NCBI GenBank assembly: GCA_032718475.1
Contig: JAUCBJ010004821.1
Coordinates: 1-32,534, forward strand
Length of the DNA stretch: 32,534 bases
DNA from: Nemertoderma westbladi
Taxonomy: Eukaryota; Animalia; Xenacoelomorpha
Direction of reading: 5' to 3'
The notes beneath the pieces were generated by a model that saw only the letters and a list, made by a program, of their open reading frames with translations, ran no database searches and was not told where the DNA came from. This document shows positions 31,889-32,534 of this stretch, piece by piece (position 1 is the first letter of the stretch; the number at the start of each line of letters is the position of its first letter). The position numbers were made by a program, and so were the translations under genes.

Positions 31889-32534
31889 TGCTGGGATGGT
31901 GTCAGTCACTAAATGGTACCAATGTTATCTGGCGCTGGGCTGGTGTCAGTCACTAAGTGGTACCAACGTTATCTGCGCTGGGCTGGTGTCAGTCACTAAG
32001 TGGTGCCAACGTTATGTGGTGCTGGGATGGTGTCAGTCACTAAGTGGTACCAACGTTATCTGGCGCTGGGCTGGTGTCAGTCACTAAGTGGTACCAACGT
32101 TATCTGGCGCTGGGCTGGTGTCAGTCACTAAGTGGTACCAACGTTATCGGCGCTGGGCTGGTGTCAGTCACTAAGTGGTACCAATCGTTATCTGGCGCTG
32201 GGCTGGTGTCAGTCACTAAGTGGTACCAACGTTATACGGCGCTGGGCTGGTGTCAGTCACTAAGTGGTACCATCGTTATGTGGTGCTGGGATGGTGTCAG
32301 TCACTAAGTGGTACCAACGTTATCTTGCGCTGCGCTGCGCTGGGCTGGTGTCAGTCACTAAGTGGTACCAACGTTATACGGCGCTGGGCTGGTGTCAGTC
32401 ACTAAGTGGTATCAACGTTATGTGGTGATGGGATGGTGTAAGTCACTAAGTGGTACCAACGTTATCTTGCGCTGCGCTGGGCTGGTGTCAGTCACTAAGT
32501 GGTACCAACGTTATGTGATGCTGGGATGGTGTCA
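31889..32534. repeat. 44-bp satellite array, block 3 (runs off the window)
   Basis: Same monomer; variant order resembles 25560-26110. Confidence 0.98.

Noticed and set aside
23546-32405. Many short ORFs (MVPTLSGAGLVSVTKW...)
   Set aside because: Translation artefacts of the 44-bp repeat, whose length is not a multiple of 3.
23393-32534. CRISPR-like array
   Set aside because: Head-to-tail monomers with no unique spacers and no cas genes, in a eukaryotic TE context; this is a satellite.

Overview
Eukaryotic (probably invertebrate animal) repeat-dense window with no recognisable host gene. The main element is a full-length, young BEL/Pao LTR retrotransposon on the minus strand (5854-21848; two ~1.2-kb LTRs about 99% identical; AATAC target-site duplication). 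It sits inside an older RTE-X-like LINE. Its RT is interrupted by an RTE LINE, which is in turn interrupted by a TTAA piggyBac-like MITE, giving four nested levels. To the left are a second MITE copy carrying a solo LTR and a decayed CRE-type (RLE) non-LTR element. To the right is a 44-bp satellite array with higher-order structure, interrupted by a CMC/EnSpm-like MITE and another solo LTR. Best lead: the BEL element has no tRNA primer-binding site. The 11 nt directly after its 5' LTR (ATAACAGATAT) are instead perfectly complementary to an 11-mer inside the LTR, the architecture of Tf1/sushi-type self-primed reverse transcription. The element also carries a ~3-kb post-pol region with covarying twin hairpins and a decayed, non-env extra ORF.
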